The notes beneath the pieces were generated by a model. The model saw only the letters and a list, made by a program, of their open reading frames with translations. It did no database searches and had not been told where the DNA came from. DNA of 32,000 nt from Wallemia ichthyophaga EXF-994 (lineage: Eukaryota > Fungi > Basidiomycota), in NCBI RefSeq assembly GCF_000400465.1, contig NW_008806288.1, positions 30,001-62,000 of the forward strand, read 5' to 3'. Of this stretch, positions 29,705 to 32,000 are shown piece by piece; position 1 is the stretch's first letter, and every line of letters starts with the position of its first letter. The position numbers were made by a program, and so were the translations under genes.

Positions 29705-32000
29705 ATGTCGTTTCGAGATGGCAACGACGACGTCAACGAAATTGATTTTTACGGTCCACTAGCCTCGCAGCAAAGAGATGATGACGATGAAGACGAGAAT
29801 GTCCATCTCACTGATTACACAGAAGGTGCAGATGATAACGCGATAGAGACAGTTGGTCTGGATATCGCACACAGACGACGGGCATCGCAGATTGACAACT
29901 TGAACGATGAATACGGCGGGAGTATCTTCAGCGGTCCAGATAACGCTTCTATTCCGTCATCCGCCATATCGTTCCGACACGGCTTTGCCGGCTCTTCGCA
30001 AGCGCGCAGACCAAGTTTGGATCGCAGGCCAAGCGCTGATCGCAGAGGCAGCTCCGCTAGCGTCTTTTCTGAGGGCTCCGACTCAGGCTCTGGCAGACCT
30101 CTTTACAGGAGAGCAGACAGGTCCGCTTCTCGTACGCGAGCAAGACGTGACAGCAACAGCAGCGCCAATAGCCCTCTTCTAGAAACAGAACCTGAACGTC
30201 CGCCTCTAAGTACTAGTAAAAACTCGGGGGTGTTTAGTGGAATTGCATCGATTTTCGCAGGCCGGAATGATGATGACACCGGCCGGAGACGTCCGCCGGT
30301 GAGCAGGAATAGCAGTGCGGCACCGGGTGCAAGTGATGGAAGTGCAGTCAGCGATACTGACTGGGGTTATAGCTCGAATGAAGAGATTTCAGACGATAAC
30401 GACACTTCTTCTGAAATGGCCTCCTCTGCAGCGGCTAGTTTAAATAACTCAGAGTCCTCTTCTGCAGCTTCTAGTAGACGGAGGCGCTCCAATGAATTTA
30501 TGCCAACTGGAACTTTTGCAGCTGATCCTGTCTTTGGTGATACGAGAATACCGATGGAGCTGTCTCAAGAAGAGACCATAAACCCTGACGCAGAGTTTCT
30601 CACCAAGGCAAGTCAAAGTGGTGATCAATCTAGACAGAGGATATACATCCAAGAAGAGGATGTCACCCTACTCGTCACTGGCTTCCGAGCTTCTCCATTC
30701 GGTCATTTGCTTTGGTGTCTCGGTGTGCTGTTGACTCTAGGCACTCTCGCTCTTATCGGTAGATGGACACCAGCACTGTGGTTGCGATGGGCTGCAATTG
30801 AAGCACCCTTTACTAGCCACTCAGATAGAAAGGAGGCAACTTTTGTCGTTATTGAAACCCAGTTTGGTCATGTCAATCTTTACGACATTGAATCGATGCC
30901 GTTTCCCTTTCCAATGTCACATATCTTTCCTCATGACACAACAAAATCAGCGCCATCCACCAGTAAAGTCAAATCGGCAGACACGATTGAATCAGGAACA
31001 AGCAGTGACTCCTCCTCGGCTGGTTTTATACGTTTCTTTGACTACAGATACACCAAATTTATTTTAAACGATGAACAAGGTGTATTCAGGATGATCAGGT
31101 GCGTCTTAATGTTTTGATGGGATTTCCTTAACAAGAACACTCAAGAGACTGGCGTGATCCGCGCTGGATTTCCCAAGGTGCTGTCGCAGGCGGCTTATCA
31201 GAATCCAAACGTGAAGAGCGCCGTGCATTGTTTGGTTTGAATGAAATAGAAATCGAAGAAAGGTCTTGGGGTCAGCTGTTTGTAGATGAGGTACTTCACC
31301 CATTTTACGTCTTCCAGGTGGCTTCGATTGTGCTGTGGAGTATCGACGACTACTACTACTATGCATTTTGCATCGCCGTCATTAGTATATCTTCAATTTT
31401 CACCACCCTAATCGAGACAAAGAGGACAGTCAGACGGATGAAGGAGATGTCAAAGTACTCTTGTGCCGTCTGGCTGAAGTCCAATAACGAGTGTGAGTGC
31501 CTTATTATTACATTGACTTTCTAACGCTCGACTAGGGAAAGTGGTTGAATCTTCAACTCTCCAACCAGGCGACATATTCGACGCTGCAGACCCAAATCTG
31601 CACACCGTACCATGTGATGCAATCCTTCTCAACGGAGATGCTATTGTCAATGAATCGATGCTAACTGGTGAATCAGTACCTGTTGCAAAAGTACCAATTT
31701 CTGACTCAATCCTGCGGACGTATGCAAAGTCAGAGCCAAAAGGTACGACGGACATATCGCCAAGCCTTGCACGTCATTTTATGTATTCTGGCACAAAGAT
31801 CGTCAGGGTGCGCGGTGAAGGTGTTCTTCCAAATGGACAGGAAGGTCCTGCGTTAGCGTTAGTTACGCGTACAGGATTCAACACCACCAAAGGTGCCCTT
31901 GTGCGCTCGATGCTCTTCCCGAAACCGATGGGATTCAAATTTTACAAAGACTCAATGAACTTCATCGGTGTACTTGCAGGTATTGCTTTTCTGGGATTCT
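29705..32000 (+). CDS. YPK9: P5B-type ATPase (Ypk9/ATP13A2-like), 5' part, truncated by the window end
   Basis: Exons 29705-31098, 31146-31492, 31536->32000. RFFDYRYTKF, DWRDPRW, FGLNEIEI, VDEVLHPFYVFQVASIVLWSIDDYYYYA, NESMLTGESVPV, RTGFNTTKGALVRSMLFPKP.GFKFYKDS. Confidence 0.95.

Noticed and set aside
1-32000. Prokaryotic-type systems, transposons, secondary-metabolite cluster, tRNA/rRNA/snRNA genes
   Set aside because: The sequence is spliceosomal-intron-rich fungal DNA. I saw no transposase, RT or integrase motifs, terminal repeats, CRISPR-like arrays, PKS/NRPS/terpene backbone genes or RNA-gene consensus. The Zn2Cys6 TF, AKR and PhoD neighbours do not form a recognisable pathway.

Overview
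This is eukaryotic DNA: a very compact, intron-rich basidiomycete fungal genome, most consistent with Wallemia (inferred from gene spacing, intron size and protein similarity, not from a search). I modelled 24 genes by manual splicing plus a 3' gene fragment at the left edge. They contain 46 GT-AG introns, 45 of them 43-63 nt. Most genes are housekeeping: MRPL6, RPF2, SEH1, SNX3, a PPR protein, G-alpha (GPA1 type), a PITH protein, a KH protein, an AN1 zinc finger, SUR2, uL15m, an NDUFA11-like subunit, NBP35, UTP11, SWI5, MET14, BCP1, a Zn2Cys6 transcription factor, an aldo-keto reductase, PhoD, FUN14 and a partial YPK9. Two things are invisible in the ORF track: an acidic class I hydrophobin (3971-4346), and the N-terminus of a U1-type zinc-finger gene that needs a 4-nt micro-exon. 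A MedA-family developmental regulator lies just downstream of both. No transposon, tRNA, rRNA or CRISPR array was recognised, and I found no convincing novel multi-gene system. The best leads are the hydrophobin/medA neighbourhood, a possible autoregulatory long intron in the KH gene, 45-69 nt intergenic spacers, and a recurrent (C/T)AGCTG(AG/TC) promoter motif. All gene models are unverified by RNA-seq.
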